From NCBI GenBank assembly GCA_001563915.1, contig LKMP01000001.1, forward strand, positions 32,001-96,000: a DNA stretch of 64,000 nt, in the 5' to 3' direction. Source of the DNA: Nanohaloarchaea archaeon B1-Br10_U2g21 (GTDB taxonomy: Archaea; Nanohalarchaeota; Nanosalinia; Nanosalinales; Nanosalinaceae). Position 1 is the first letter of the stretch. Every line of letters starts with the position of its first letter. Position numbers and translations under genes: made by a program. The notes under the pieces are model-generated. The model was not told the origin of the DNA. It ran no database searches and worked only from the letters and a program-made list of their open reading frames with translations. Of this stretch, positions 49,516 to 58,147 are shown in pieces.

Positions 49516-50028
49516 TTAATCTACAAAATTGAAACCATGTTGCACATGTTTAGAAACAGGTTTTTTACCTTCATAGCTCTCTGAAAGCTCATGGAATAGG
49601 CCTTCAAAATTAGCAGGAACGCGATGTTCTACAGCTCTTCCTAACCCTAAGAAGAAGTCATGTACAAGCATTTCGGATATTGTCGCCACGCCTTCAGCGT
49701 TGAAGTATGATTTACAATAATTTTCAAGGAATGTCCCAAAATGTACAGGCACATCAGGATTAAATCCTAACTCTGATACCCAAAGATTTCTCCAAACATC
49801 AATAAGATAAGAATAATTCACATCATACAGCTGAGGGTCAGTATTTTCAACCGCATATAAAAAACCGGCACTATTTAAATTTTCAATAATTTCTTGGGCT
49901 TGATTTTCGTCAAAACCTGCTTTCAAATTTAACTGAGTGGCATAACTGCCACCATCGCTCAAATGGATTTGTCTCAAGATTTTATATGGCAAGGGCCTCT
50001 CCAAGATATTCTCTTCATCATAATCCAT
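49516..50028 (-). CDS. Winged-helix domain protein
   Basis: SYATQLN...FDENQAQEIIENLNSAGFL wHTH pattern. Confidence 0.65.
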   Translation of the reverse strand: MDYDEENILERPLPYKILRQIHLSDGGSYATQLNLKAGFDENQAQEIIENLNSAGFLYAVENTDPQLYDVNYSYLIDVWRNLWVSELGFNPDVPVHFGTFLENYCKSYFNAEGVATISEMLVHDFFLGLGRAVEHRVPANFEGLFHELSESYEGKKPVSKHVQHGFNFVD

Positions 50029-50120
50029 TGTAACTAAAAATTACAAGCGCCGACTTAATACGTTTACCCTTTAATCCTTATACCAAAGCGCATTTCAACT
50101 TTAGTACCTAAAATCTGAAT

Positions 50121-50780
50121 ATGTTAAAAGAAGAAGAAGTGTCTCAGCTTAGAACTAAGCTTCGAGAAGTATTTTCTGATTACATAGAGCTTGCAGGCGG
50201 TAAAGACTATCGGTATTTCCACCTTGTCAGCGCACATAAATATGCTAAAAAACTGATGGAGACTGAAGAAATCTCAGAATTAGAGTTTGATGTTAAAGTT
50301 GTAGAGGTAGCAGTATTGTTTCACGATATAGGAAGGTCCTTGGACATAAATGATGGGTATATGGACCCTTTTGAAGGCAATAAAGGTCATGATGAGAGAG
50401 GAGCAGAAATAGTATCTGACTATGTAAAAGATTATCTCTCCCAAGCTCAGATGAAAAAAGTTGAGAAAATTATACTCAATCACCATTCAAAACCTCGGAC
50501 AGTTGAAGGCAAAATAGTTCAGGATGCTGATGAATTATTCAAGTTTGGAGTTCATGACTTTTGGAGAATGTTCCATTATTCTGCTAAAAAACAGAGAACA
50601 ATGCCCGAAATGATAGAGTACTTTCATGGAACAGCAGTTGAAGAATTAGAGGAGCGGCTTGAAGAATTCCATTTTAGAGTGTCAAGAAGAACAGCAGAAC
50701 AAAGAATGCAGAACGAAAAAATGTACTTAGAAAGATTTGAAGCTGAACTAGAAGGGGAAGATATTCTAGAAGTCGGTTAG
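50121..50780 (+). CDS. HD-domain phosphohydrolase
   Basis: H...LFHDIGR, GH...GA, HH and VQDAD.L. Confidence 0.9.
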   Translation: MLKEEEVSQLRTKLREVFSDYIELAGGKDYRYFHLVSAHKYAKKLMETEEISELEFDVKVVEVAVLFHDIGRSLDINDGYMDPFEGNKGHDERGAEIVSDYVKDYLSQAQMKKVEKIILNHHSKPRTVEGKIVQDADELFKFGVHDFWRMFHYSAKKQRTMPEMIEYFHGTAVEELEERLEEFHFRVSRRTAEQRMQNEKMYLERFEAELEGEDILEVG

Positions 50781-51731
50781 AGATGTCTGATTTGTCTTTA
50801 GAGATCTTGCATTAAAACCTTCTTCACGCTTTAGATAAGAAGCAAACTCTGCGTCAAAGCCGTGGTGAGTATAGACTTTTTCAGGATTTACATCTCTAAC
50901 TAGATTAACTAATTCACCAAAGTCACAGTGATCGCTAAAGGGAAAGCTTTTATCGTAACGTCCGTAACCGTAAGCTCCTGTTATGCACCATCCGGAAAAA
51001 CCGGCTTTTAATCCATTAGAATTTTTTACTAAGTTGTTTAAAAAATCTTTATTAGAAAAACTTGTGGGCCCTACAAAAATTCCTTCTCCACTTTTCAAAA
51101 GATTTTTGTTCTCTTTGTAAGGTTTTACATTAAATTCCAGGCTAGTATGTTTCTCAATTATGTCGTTCATTTTTTTTACCGAACCATGAACAATTAGGGG
51201 TCTGTTAACAGCTTTTTTTACTAGATACTGGATTTTTTGAGCTTTTCCTAGAGAATAGGCTGATAAATAAAGAGGTCTATTTTTGTTGTCTTGAATCCAG
51301 TCGATTATTTCGCGCTCAATCTCTTTTTGATCAGGAAATAGATAGGGTGGGAGTCCATAAGTTGATTCTGTGATTAGTATATCAGCTTTAACAGGTTTAA
51401 AACCTTTTATATATGCTCTGTCTCTAGTTGAGACGTCTCCTGTATAAAGTACTCTCTTTCCATCGGTTTTAATCAATGCCGCGGAAGATCCTAGGATATG
51501 GCCTGAGTCTAGTAACCTGACATTAGAATGTTTGACAGTTTCTATTTTTATTCCGGTTCTAGCCTCAGCTAACTTTGCCGTCAAATCTGAACATATGACT
51601 GGATTTGGAGCCTTATGCACGTGATCCATATGAGCATGGCTGACAATATTCGCATCGCCTTTTTCTTTCCGAGAATCAGCAATAAAGTTTTTTTCCCGTC
51701 CGATATGGATTCCGTCCTTCTGCTTTATCAC
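50766..51731 (-). CDS. Metallo-beta-lactamase / beta-CASP exonuclease
   Basis: SHAHMDH, GHILGS, YTGD, ESTYG, YSLGKAQ and SDHCDF; GTG start. Confidence 0.88.
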   Translation of the reverse strand: MIKQKDGIHIGREKNFIADSRKEKGDANIVSHAHMDHVHKAPNPVICSDLTAKLAEARTGIKIETVKHSNVRLLDSGHILGSSAALIKTDGKRVLYTGDVSTRDRAYIKGFKPVKADILITESTYGLPPYLFPDQKEIEREIIDWIQDNKNRPLYLSAYSLGKAQKIQYLVKKAVNRPLIVHGSVKKMNDIIEKHTSLEFNVKPYKENKNLLKSGEGIFVGPTSFSNKDFLNNLVKNSNGLKAGFSGWCITGAYGYGRYDKSFPFSDHCDFGELVNLVRDVNPEKVYTHHGFDAEFASYLKREEGFNARSLKTNQTSLTDF

Positions 51732-51810
51732 AGCCTAGAAGTTGATAAGTAGCTTTTTTTACCTGCTTCATATAAAAAAATAGTTTACTACTTCAAGGAT
51801 AGAGAGCTGA

Positions 51811-52044
51811 GGGGGTGTAGCTCAGTTTGGGAGAGCGACCGCCTCCAGTAACTGCAGCCAGTGGTTAACAGTGACTGACATTATCCAAAGTGTCTCTGTT
51901 AGAGCTGACTGATCTGGAGGGATGAGGCATTAAAGCCGATGATTAAACCTTTAGAGACATTCTTAGAATGTCTCGTGATAACTAAACTCTTAGGAGTTTG
52001 TTGGAGATAGCGGTAGGTCGCAGGTTCAAATCCTGTCGCCCCCA
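51811..52044 (+). tRNA. tRNA-Trp (CCA), 160-nt intron at 37/38 (51849-52008)
   Basis: Acceptor GGGGGTG/CGCCCCC, anticodon stem ACCGC/GCGGT, T-loop GGTTCAAATCC; BHB central helix CTCC/GGAG with outer AAC/GTT. Confidence 0.94.
51849..52008 (+). ncRNA. Intron-encoded C/D-box-like guide RNA, predicted target C34 of tRNA-Trp
   Basis: Guide TCTGGAGG 51913-51920; D' ATGA 51922-51925; GGC/GCC stem; C' ATGATTA 51939-51945; D GTGA 51975-51978. Confidence 0.75.
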
Positions 52045-52262
52045 TTTTCTCAGCTTTTTTGAAACTTCAAATTAGGCTGCCAATGTTCTCTCTTGATTTT
52101 GAACAATTTAAGAAGAAAGTTTGAGTCATGTTAGAAGAGGATAGTAAGATATCTTTTCTAGAGGTCTCAAGCATTCTTTAGTGTATTGGGCGTTGTTTTA
52201 GGGTGTAGTAGCTCCAAATTTGGGCCTAATTTTGCGTGAGGTTTTAAAAGATTCTTAAGCAG

Positions 52263-53003
52263 ATGATAGATATGAGCCAAGACATCGATTTGGATGCTAC
52301 TGTGGATGATGTAAAGAAGCAGGTCAGGGATGCAGAAAACCCTGATTTCGAGGCTCTTCTTGAGGCTGAAGAAGCCGGCAAGGACAGGAAAACGGTCAAA
52401 GACTTCCTACAGAGTAAAATTGATAGTGAAGAAGTGGAAGTAGAGGACGTCGAAGATGACATAGTAGAGCAGATAGAAGAAGATACCCGTGGAGGCCTAT
52501 TAGGAGGTTTCTCACGTGAAGCTTTACTTGCTGCAGGACTAGCAGGAGGCCTATTAGTGGGCTTGATGTTTGGTCTTGTGATTGATTTCTATCAGGCTGA
52601 TGCAGAAATTTCTTCTAGTGAAGCACAGGATAGAGTTGAGAGTATTGTAGAGCTTCAGGCAGAAGAATATGAGTTCACTGAAGATCCAGAGATCAGAAGT
52701 GGGATGTACTATGTGCCTATGGAACTGACTCAGACCTTTGAAGAAGGTAATGAGACTCAGACTGAAGATTTCGAACAGGCCTTTTACTTGACTACTGATG
52801 GAGTTTACTTGTTCCCAGAACAACAAGACTTCACAGGACAGGTAATCTCGCCTATTGATATCGACGCTGAGCTTGAGATGATGGAGCAGCAACCTGCGCC
52901 AGAAGAAATGCCTGAAGAAGGCGAAGTACCTGAAGAAGGAGCACAAGAAGAACTTCCTGATGACCTTGAAGAAGAGCTTGAAGGCGAAATAGAAGTAGAA
53001 TAG
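52263..53003 (+). CDS. Highly acidic single-pass membrane protein
   Basis: N-terminal E..GKDRKTV module, one TM, FYLTTDG.YLFP segment, PEE-repeat tail. Confidence 0.75.
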   Translation: MIDMSQDIDLDATVDDVKKQVRDAENPDFEALLEAEEAGKDRKTVKDFLQSKIDSEEVEVEDVEDDIVEQIEEDTRGGLLGGFSREALLAAGLAGGLLVGLMFGLVIDFYQADAEISSSEAQDRVESIVELQAEEYEFTEDPEIRSGMYYVPMELTQTFEEGNETQTEDFEQAFYLTTDGVYLFPEQQDFTGQVISPIDIDAELEMMEQQPAPEEMPEEGEVPEEGAQEELPDDLEEELEGEIEVE

Positions 53004-53103
53004 ATTCTGCTTTATTTCGCTGACAACTTATTTCTTTTTCTTTTTATTAAAAATCACAAAATGATTTAGGCTTGGAATTGAAAACTTGTATTAGGTGAAT
53101 TAA

Positions 53104-53694
53104 ATGGAATTAATCGAATTACCTTACGAATACGATGCGCTTGAACCTTGGCTATCTGAACAAGTATTGACATGGCATCACGATACACACCATCAAGGCT
53201 ATGTAGACGGATGGAATAAGGCTGAAGAAAAACTTGAGCAGCAAAGATCTGAAGGAGATTACTCTAGCACTGGAACTATACTCAGAAACTTTACACACAA
53301 CTACTGTGGAACTGTGCTACACAACAGATTCTGGAATAACCTTTCTCCAAACGGAGGAGGTAAGCCTGAAGGAAAGCTTTTAAAGAAAATTGAGGAGGAC
53401 TTCGGAAGTTTTGAAAGATGGAGAGAAGAATTCAAGGCTGCTGCATCTGCAGCTGGAGGATGGGCTTTGCTTGTCTATATGCCAGTAACTGACGAGCTGC
53501 ACAATGTTGTAGTAGACAAACATGATCAAAACGCCGTATGGGGCGCACACCCTGTACTGGCCCTAGATGTCTGGGAACATAGCTACTATCACGATTATGG
53601 CCCTAACCGCGGAGAGTTTGTAGAGAATTTCTTCAAATATGTGGACTGGGAAGACGTTCAAAAAAAGTTTGATGAGATAAGTTCAAACTTCTAA
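53104..53694 (+). CDS. sod: Fe/Mn superoxide dismutase
   Basis: LPYEYDALEP, WHHDTHHQGYV and LDVWEHSYY. Confidence 0.97.
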   Translation: MELIELPYEYDALEPWLSEQVLTWHHDTHHQGYVDGWNKAEEKLEQQRSEGDYSSTGTILRNFTHNYCGTVLHNRFWNNLSPNGGGKPEGKLLKKIEEDFGSFERWREEFKAAASAAGGWALLVYMPVTDELHNVVVDKHDQNAVWGAHPVLALDVWEHSYYHDYGPNRGEFVENFFKYVDWEDVQKKFDEISSNF

Positions 53695-53761
53695 GCCTAA
53701 AATTTCTTTTTCTTTCTTTTCTTTCCGAAATTATTTAACCAAGCTATCAGATTTGAATGGT

Positions 53762-54133
53762 ATGGAATACAAACCTGGAAGCTGTAATATAGGAATGCGG
53801 GAGAGAAGAAATCGAGCGGTTCTCGGAGCATCAGGCCTTCTAGCTGCATCACTCTTGGTAGGAGCCACAGTATACTTGCAGTTGCCTGAATACATCTATA
53901 TTTTCAGCTTCATACCATTCTTCCTAGGCTTTGAAGGAGCACTTCAAGCGCTTTATGGGTTCTGCGCACACTATGGTCAAAAGGGAGTGTTCGAAAAAGA
54001 TGGTAATCTTGTGGAGATAGGAGATCCTGATCATTTAGAAGCCGACCACAAAATGGCGATGAAAATACATGCTTACTCTCTGATTTCAGCTGGAATAGCT
54101 ACAACAATAGTTTACGTAGCTTTGCAGATATAG
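53762..54133 (+). CDS. Small membrane protein
   Basis: Y.PG.CNIG..ER..R and QA..GFC motifs; 3 TM. Confidence 0.7.
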   Translation: MEYKPGSCNIGMRERRNRAVLGASGLLAASLLVGATVYLQLPEYIYIFSFIPFFLGFEGALQALYGFCAHYGQKGVFEKDGNLVEIGDPDHLEADHKMAMKIHAYSLISAGIATTIVYVALQI

Positions 54134-54138
54134 TGAGC

Positions 54139-54999
54139 TCAAATCTTAACCCAGTAAGTATCTTTGCTTGTAGGTCTTACAATTCCATAAGGAACTAGTT
54201 CCTCTATTTTCTCTCTTTCTTCTGCAGATGTTGGTTCAAGTATTCTATCGCCTATTACTGAGTAAACTATTTCATTTCTGACATCAAACGCTGTACCTTC
54301 TTGCTCCCATTTATCTAGATAGTCGCCTAACAATGTATCAAACTTCTCTCTAGCTAGACAGGCTTCTTCAAGAGCTAATCTTTGCTCCGTAGGATTTCCG
54401 GGTAGTAAGGGTTCGTTCCTATTAACGCCGTCTACTTCTTTATTGATACAGTACTCTGTAAACTGTTCAATATCTAGGTTGTCATAAATTGGTTGTTTTC
54501 CTGTCCGTTCATATATGTCAAAATTTATTGTTGGATTATTGTTGAATTCTCGCTTAAAGTACTCAAATAGGGTTTTATAACCTTGTTCTGGAATCCATCT
54601 GTCTTCGTTTCGATAATTTGAGAAACTTGCTCTATCGAATCCTGTTAAACTCTCTATCAGCTCTTCATTAAGTGGATCAAACATTCTGCGTCCGAACAAA
54701 AACTCTCTAAAATCAGAGTCAAGCTTGATCCTACCACTACCCCATCCATCTTCTTCAGGAACATCTATGTAATCTTCAGCATCATCAAACTGAAACCGCG
54801 GTTCAGATAAATGCACGACTTTTGTGAGATTTACTGCATGATCGAGATCCATCATATCTGCTCTACCGTTTAAATGGGCATAAAAGGTGCTTTGATCCAT
54901 GTCAATGACATCTAGCATGTGATCTAGGGATTCAAAATACATGCTCGCAACATGCATCAGCTCCTCCTTACCATTGATATCTACTATTTCGTCGACCAC
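54139..54999 (-). CDS. Hypothetical protein with two XRE-like HTH repeats
   Basis: MLDVIDMDQSTFYAHLNG and LIESLTGFDRASFSNYRN; GTG start with TTTTATAA about 22-30 nt upstream. Confidence 0.65.
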   Translation of the reverse strand: MVDEIVDINGKEELMHVASMYFESLDHMLDVIDMDQSTFYAHLNGRADMMDLDHAVNLTKVVHLSEPRFQFDDAEDYIDVPEEDGWGSGRIKLDSDFREFLFGRRMFDPLNEELIESLTGFDRASFSNYRNEDRWIPEQGYKTLFEYFKREFNNNPTINFDIYERTGKQPIYDNLDIEQFTEYCINKEVDGVNRNEPLLPGNPTEQRLALEEACLAREKFDTLLGDYLDKWEQEGTAFDVRNEIVYSVIGDRILEPTSAEEREKIEELVPYGIVRPTSKDTYWVKI

Positions 55000-55082
55000 A
55001 GTAAATGTGCTATCTTATAGTTATAAAATATTGTATGTGTTTTGCCCATAGCTCCTTATATCTTGCACTATAGCTCTAAAAC

Positions 55083-55640
55083 ATGAGAGACGTAATCATA
55101 ATTGGAGGAGGTCTTGCAGGTCTACAGGCTGCCGTATTCACTGCAAAAGCAGGAGAAGAAACATTATTACTCGATACTGAGGAATCGCTAGTACTCAATA
55201 CTGCAAATATCCAGAACCTGATAGGTTTTGATTCTGTAAGCGGACAAGAACTTTTGAGGAGCGGAAAAGAAAAACTAAGAGAATTTAATGGAGAAATAAA
55301 AAACGAAGAAGTAACTGCTCTAGCAAGAACGGACTCAGGTCTTAAAGTAACCACGGATACTGGAGACTACGAAGCAGAGTACATTGTGCTGGCTTCGGCA
55401 GGGATTCATGACTATGCAGAAGATCTCGTTGAGTTCGAAGAAGGAGTTGAAGGCCCTTACATGATGGAGAGGCATGTCAAGACGGATCAAGCAAACAAGG
55501 CGGCTAATAGAATTTATGCAGCAGGCCTAGCTAACACGTGGGAATATCAAAGTTCCGTGGCGATTGGTGAGGGCGCTAAAGCTGCGGTTAATTTACTCAC
55601 GGATAAATACGGCGAACCATATACAGACCATGATACTTAG
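55083..55640 (+). CDS. Short thioredoxin-reductase-like FAD-dependent oxidoreductase
   Basis: DVIIIGGGLAGLQAA, IYAAG and AIGEGAKAA; no CxxC. Confidence 0.85.
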   Translation: MRDVIIIGGGLAGLQAAVFTAKAGEETLLLDTEESLVLNTANIQNLIGFDSVSGQELLRSGKEKLREFNGEIKNEEVTALARTDSGLKVTTDTGDYEAEYIVLASAGIHDYAEDLVEFEEGVEGPYMMERHVKTDQANKAANRIYAAGLANTWEYQSSVAIGEGAKAAVNLLTDKYGEPYTDHDT

Positions 55641-55870
55641 GCAGAGTAAATTTCGTTTACTCTATAATAATCAATCACGCCATCATATTCAGTAAATCGC
55701 TCTACTACATCTTCATCCTCTAACCGATTTAGAGCTTTTACTATTCCAATCCACGTCAAATCATTTTCAAGGCAATTATCAACTACCTGGTCTCGTGAAC
55801 GCCATCCTTCGCCGATTTCAGAAACAACTCTATTGTAGAAAGGTCCTAAACTTTTATCTTCAAGATCCAT
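55637..55870 (-). CDS. Small winged-helix-like protein
   Basis: IVKALNRLEDEDVVER...YYRV pattern. Confidence 0.6.
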   Translation of the reverse strand: MDLEDKSLGPFYNRVVSEIGEGWRSRDQVVDNCLENDLTWIGIVKALNRLEDEDVVERFTEYDGVIDYYRVNEIYSA

Positions 55871-55884
55871 CCTATAAACACACG

Positions 55885-56634
55885 TTAAACTAGATTTTTA
55901 TTAGCTTTACTTATCAAAGAATCTATTTTCTCAAGGCCCTTTACAAGGCGAGGCCCAGGCCTATTCAAGAGAGCATCATCTATAACGTACACGTTCCTGT
56001 TTTTTACAGCTTTTACACTTTGCCAATCGTCTCTAGAGTAAATCTTCGATGTGTCAATATTCTTTCCGGCACCACAGACATTCAAGAAAATAAATTCTGG
56101 GTTAAAGTCCTTTAACTTAGATAATTTAAATTCTTGGCTTCTACCTTCATCGATAAAGTACTTTCCATTTGCGTTTCTGATTAGATGAGGTATCCAATTG
56201 CCTGAAACCATTGGAGGATCCATCCACTCTTCACAGTAAATTCTTTTATGCCGTAAATCAAATTTTTTTATCTCTTTCTTCATGTCCGAAACTAAATCAA
56301 GAGCCTCAGATTCTTTATCGAACTTCTGCCCTATATCCAATATGCTTTCAAAAACTTCCTCTAGACTTCCAGGACAGACTTGAAAGACTTCAAAATCTTT
56401 TTTATCGAGTTTCAAGGCCTGCTCATTTTGTAGCGGGTCACTAAGCAAAATGACATCGGGCTCAAGCTCATCAATCTTACTATAGTTAAGGCCTTGACTC
56501 CAACCGCCCACACTAGGTTTTTCTACGGCATCTGGAGGATAATTGCAGAGAGAAGTCGTACCTACTATTGAATCTTCAAGACCCAGCTCATAAAGTATTT
56601 CAGTGTTTGAAGGTGCGCCTGAGACTATATTCAT
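55885..56634 (-). CDS. BtuF-like cobalamin/iron-siderophore binding protein without signal peptide
   Basis: IVSGAPSNTEILYELG, C.YP, EEWMDPPMVSGNW.P and NRPGPRL; start ATG 56634. Confidence 0.85.
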   Translation of the reverse strand: MNIVSGAPSNTEILYELGLEDSIVGTTSLCNYPPDAVEKPSVGGWSQGLNYSKIDELEPDVILLSDPLQNEQALKLDKKDFEVFQVCPGSLEEVFESILDIGQKFDKESEALDLVSDMKKEIKKFDLRHKRIYCEEWMDPPMVSGNWIPHLIRNANGKYFIDEGRSQEFKLSKLKDFNPEFIFLNVCGAGKNIDTSKIYSRDDWQSVKAVKNRNVYVIDDALLNRPGPRLVKGLEKIDSLISKANKNLV

Positions 56635-56668
56635 TACAGTTAACAAGTTTAGGTTTTGGTTATTAAGT

Positions 56669-57505
56669 ATGACTTTCAGAGTTGGAGCACACGTATCAAC
56701 TTCAGGCGGAGCACAAAAAGCAATTCAAAGACAGGAAGACGTTGGAGGCAACTGTGGGCAGATATTTGCAGGATCTCCAAGGACATGGAAAGTAGCAGAA
56801 TATACAGATGAAGAGGGGAAAGCCTTCGAAGAAGCTGCTGAAGGAAAAAATCAAGGACCATATGTTATTCATTCGACATACATGGTGAATCTTGCTACTC
56901 CGAAAGATGACTTATTCAAGAAATCGCTGAATTGTCTCCAGTCAGAACTCGATGCAGCAGAAACTTTGGGGGTTAAATATGTCGTATTCCATCCGGGCGC
57001 GCACACAGGCAGCGGGAGAGAAAACGGGATAGCAAGAATAATTGAAGGCCTTGACTCATTAGATATACCAGAAAACGTGACTTTATTGTTAGAGAATACT
57101 GCTGGTAAAGGAACTACATTAGGAAGAAGTTTTGGTGAGCTTAGAGAAATGCTTGAAGGTACAGAACAGGACAGTATTGGAGTATGTATTGACTCATGTC
57201 ACGCTCACGCTGCAGGCTACAACCTAAAAGATGAAGACGGATTTGAGGATATGCTGCAGGAACTTCGAGAAGACTTAGGTTTTGAAAATGTAAAAGTCCT
57301 ACACCTTAATGATTCAAAGGATCCAAGAGGCAGCGAAAAAGACAATCATGAGCATATCGGAGAAGGAGAAATAGGTGTAGAAGGTTTCAAAAATTTGGTT
57401 AACTGTGAAGAGTTACGAGACCTGCCGATGGTATTGGAAACACCCAATTCTGATGAAAAGGGTTACGCTGAGAATATTGAGAAGATTAGAGAGATCAGAG
57501 AGTAG
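56669..57505 (+). CDS. nfo: Endonuclease IV (AP endonuclease family 2)
   Basis: GAHVS, FHPG, LENTAG, DSCH..AAGY, HLNDSK, HEHIGEG and LETP; true start ATG 56669. Confidence 0.96.
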   Translation: MTFRVGAHVSTSGGAQKAIQRQEDVGGNCGQIFAGSPRTWKVAEYTDEEGKAFEEAAEGKNQGPYVIHSTYMVNLATPKDDLFKKSLNCLQSELDAAETLGVKYVVFHPGAHTGSGRENGIARIIEGLDSLDIPENVTLLLENTAGKGTTLGRSFGELREMLEGTEQDSIGVCIDSCHAHAAGYNLKDEDGFEDMLQELREDLGFENVKVLHLNDSKDPRGSEKDNHEHIGEGEIGVEGFKNLVNCEELRDLPMVLETPNSDEKGYAENIEKIREIRE

Positions 57506-57644
57506 GCCTTGCCGGTAAGCCTCTACTTTTTTATCTTCTTTTCGCAATCTCAGAGGACGCATCAATTTTAAAGATAGCTCAATCAATTTTCTGTAGAGAG
57601 TAAAATTACTCATTAAAGCTTTTTACAGATGTGAAAATTGAAAA

Positions 57645-58145
57645 ATGGCAGAAATACATTCAAATCAGAAAGTAGGCGTCTTTGTAGACGTCCAAAATAT
57701 GTACTATAGCGCAAAAAACCTTTACCAATCAAAAGTAGACTTCAAAAAAGTACTAGAGGCCGCAGTAGTTGACAGAAAGCTATTAAGAGCATCAGCATAT
57801 GTTATAAAGGCAGATACTCCTGACGAAAATAACTTCTTCTCAGCTTTGAGAAAAATAGGGTATGAAGTCAAGATTAAAGAACTAAAAGAGTTCTATGGTG
57901 GCCAAAAAAAGGGCGACTGGGACCTTGGAATGACCGTGGACATGGTTCAGCAGGCTAAAAAACTTGACACAGTAGTCCTTGTAACCGGGGACGGAGATTT
58001 TGCAGTTCTTGTTGATCACTTGAAATCAATGGGATGTAGGGTAGAAGTCATGAGCTTTGGAAAAAGTTCGGCTAAAGAAATCCGCGAAGCAGCAGATAAT
58101 TTCATAGACATGGACGAAAACCATGACAAATACTTGGTGAAATAA
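57645..58145 (+). CDS. NYN domain protein (LabA/DUF88 type)
   Basis: VFVDVQNMYY, KGDWD, VTGDGDF and G.RVEV. Confidence 0.92.
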   Translation: MAEIHSNQKVGVFVDVQNMYYSAKNLYQSKVDFKKVLEAAVVDRKLLRASAYVIKADTPDENNFFSALRKIGYEVKIKELKEFYGGQKKGDWDLGMTVDMVQQAKKLDTVVLVTGDGDFAVLVDHLKSMGCRVEVMSFGKSSAKEIREAADNFIDMDENHDKYLVK

Positions 58146-58147
58146 AA

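Noticed and set aside
52195-52216. GGGTGTAG..GCTC resembling the tRNA-Trp 5' end (att site or split tRNA)
   Set aside because: The match is too short, there is no cloverleaf, no integrase, and no tRNA 3'-end duplication was noticed.
52895-52990. CCTGAAGAAG short repeats as a CRISPR or DNA repeat
   Set aside because: They encode the PEE low-complexity tail; no constant repeat-spacer period. No CRISPR array was seen in the window.
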